From: Heptranchias perlo
Taxonomy: Eukaryota
Assembly (NCBI RefSeq): GCF_035084215.1
Contig: NC_090325.1
Coordinates: 180,358,001 to 180,422,000 of the forward strand
Length of the DNA: 64,000 bases
Reading direction: 5' to 3'
In this document: piece by piece, positions 63,531 through 64,000 of the stretch
Numbering within the stretch: position 1 is the stretch's first letter
How the letters are laid out: the number at the start of each line of letters is the position of its first letter
Notes under the pieces: generated by a model
Databases searched by the model: none
What the model was told of the DNA's origin: nothing
What the model saw: only the letters and a program-made list of their open reading frames with translations
Made by a program: the position numbers and the translations under genes

Positions 63531-64000
63531 TGATAGCAGGAAACTTGCGTTCTCTGGTCTTTTGCATGGGGGGGTGCAGACCTATGTTAATGAGCCAAGT
63601 GGGGTTGTGGCGAGTGTAACTTGGGAGGGGCGCAAATGATGGAGAAAATTCATAGCCATGTTTCGGCGTAAAACTGGTGTAAATCAGTTATGTGCAAATT
63701 TCCTCGTTTTAAAAAAAAAAATGGCGCAACTCCACTTTTACGCTAGAGTTACGCCAAAACTTTGCAGGAAATTCTGGGCCAAAATGTCTGAAAAGGCTTC
63801 CTGTTTCATGGACAACATACCCTTTTTTTTGGAATTAGAACATTTTAGTTGCAATGAGAGGTGGTGTTGCTGCATCCTAGACTGCATCTTAATGATCCTG
63901 CACTATTAGAGAAACATAGGAACTACAGCATATTCTAGTTTTTTAACTGGATCTATCTACTTTAATGCCTTTCTCCATTTTACATGCTGTTGTTGGCCAG

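Noticed and set aside
1-64000. CRISPR arrays, rRNA or bona fide tRNA genes, prokaryotic operons
   Set aside because: None seen. The sequence is eukaryotic, and the tRNA-like segments are degenerate SINE heads.

Overview
Vertebrate genomic DNA. The CR1/L2 LINE and Deu-/LF-like SINE content suggests a cartilaginous fish (shark/ray; inference). Two host genes sit head-to-head. MAN2B2 is on the minus strand (exons 1-3 at 12221-12051, 3312-3166, 742-637, continuing beyond the left edge). A PP2A B55 (PPP2R2) gene is on the plus strand, with a 7-nt and a 78-nt coding exon at 24113-24329 followed by a >39-kb intron. By synteny this should be PPP2R2C, yet its N-terminus is of the B55alpha/delta type. 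The rest is mostly transposons: a very young CR1, degraded CR1/L2/RTE fragments, an LTR element with integrase, two solo LTRs, three non-autonomous PIF/Harbinger elements, a hAT remnant and several SINEs. The most notable signals are a U_UUA_AAC slippery heptamer at the AUG-less ORF1/ORF2 overlap of the young CR1, a perfect 66-bp-arm palindrome, an exact 110-bp templated duplication, and a modular SINE with an unknown head and swapped LINE tails. No database searches were run; family names come from motif recognition.
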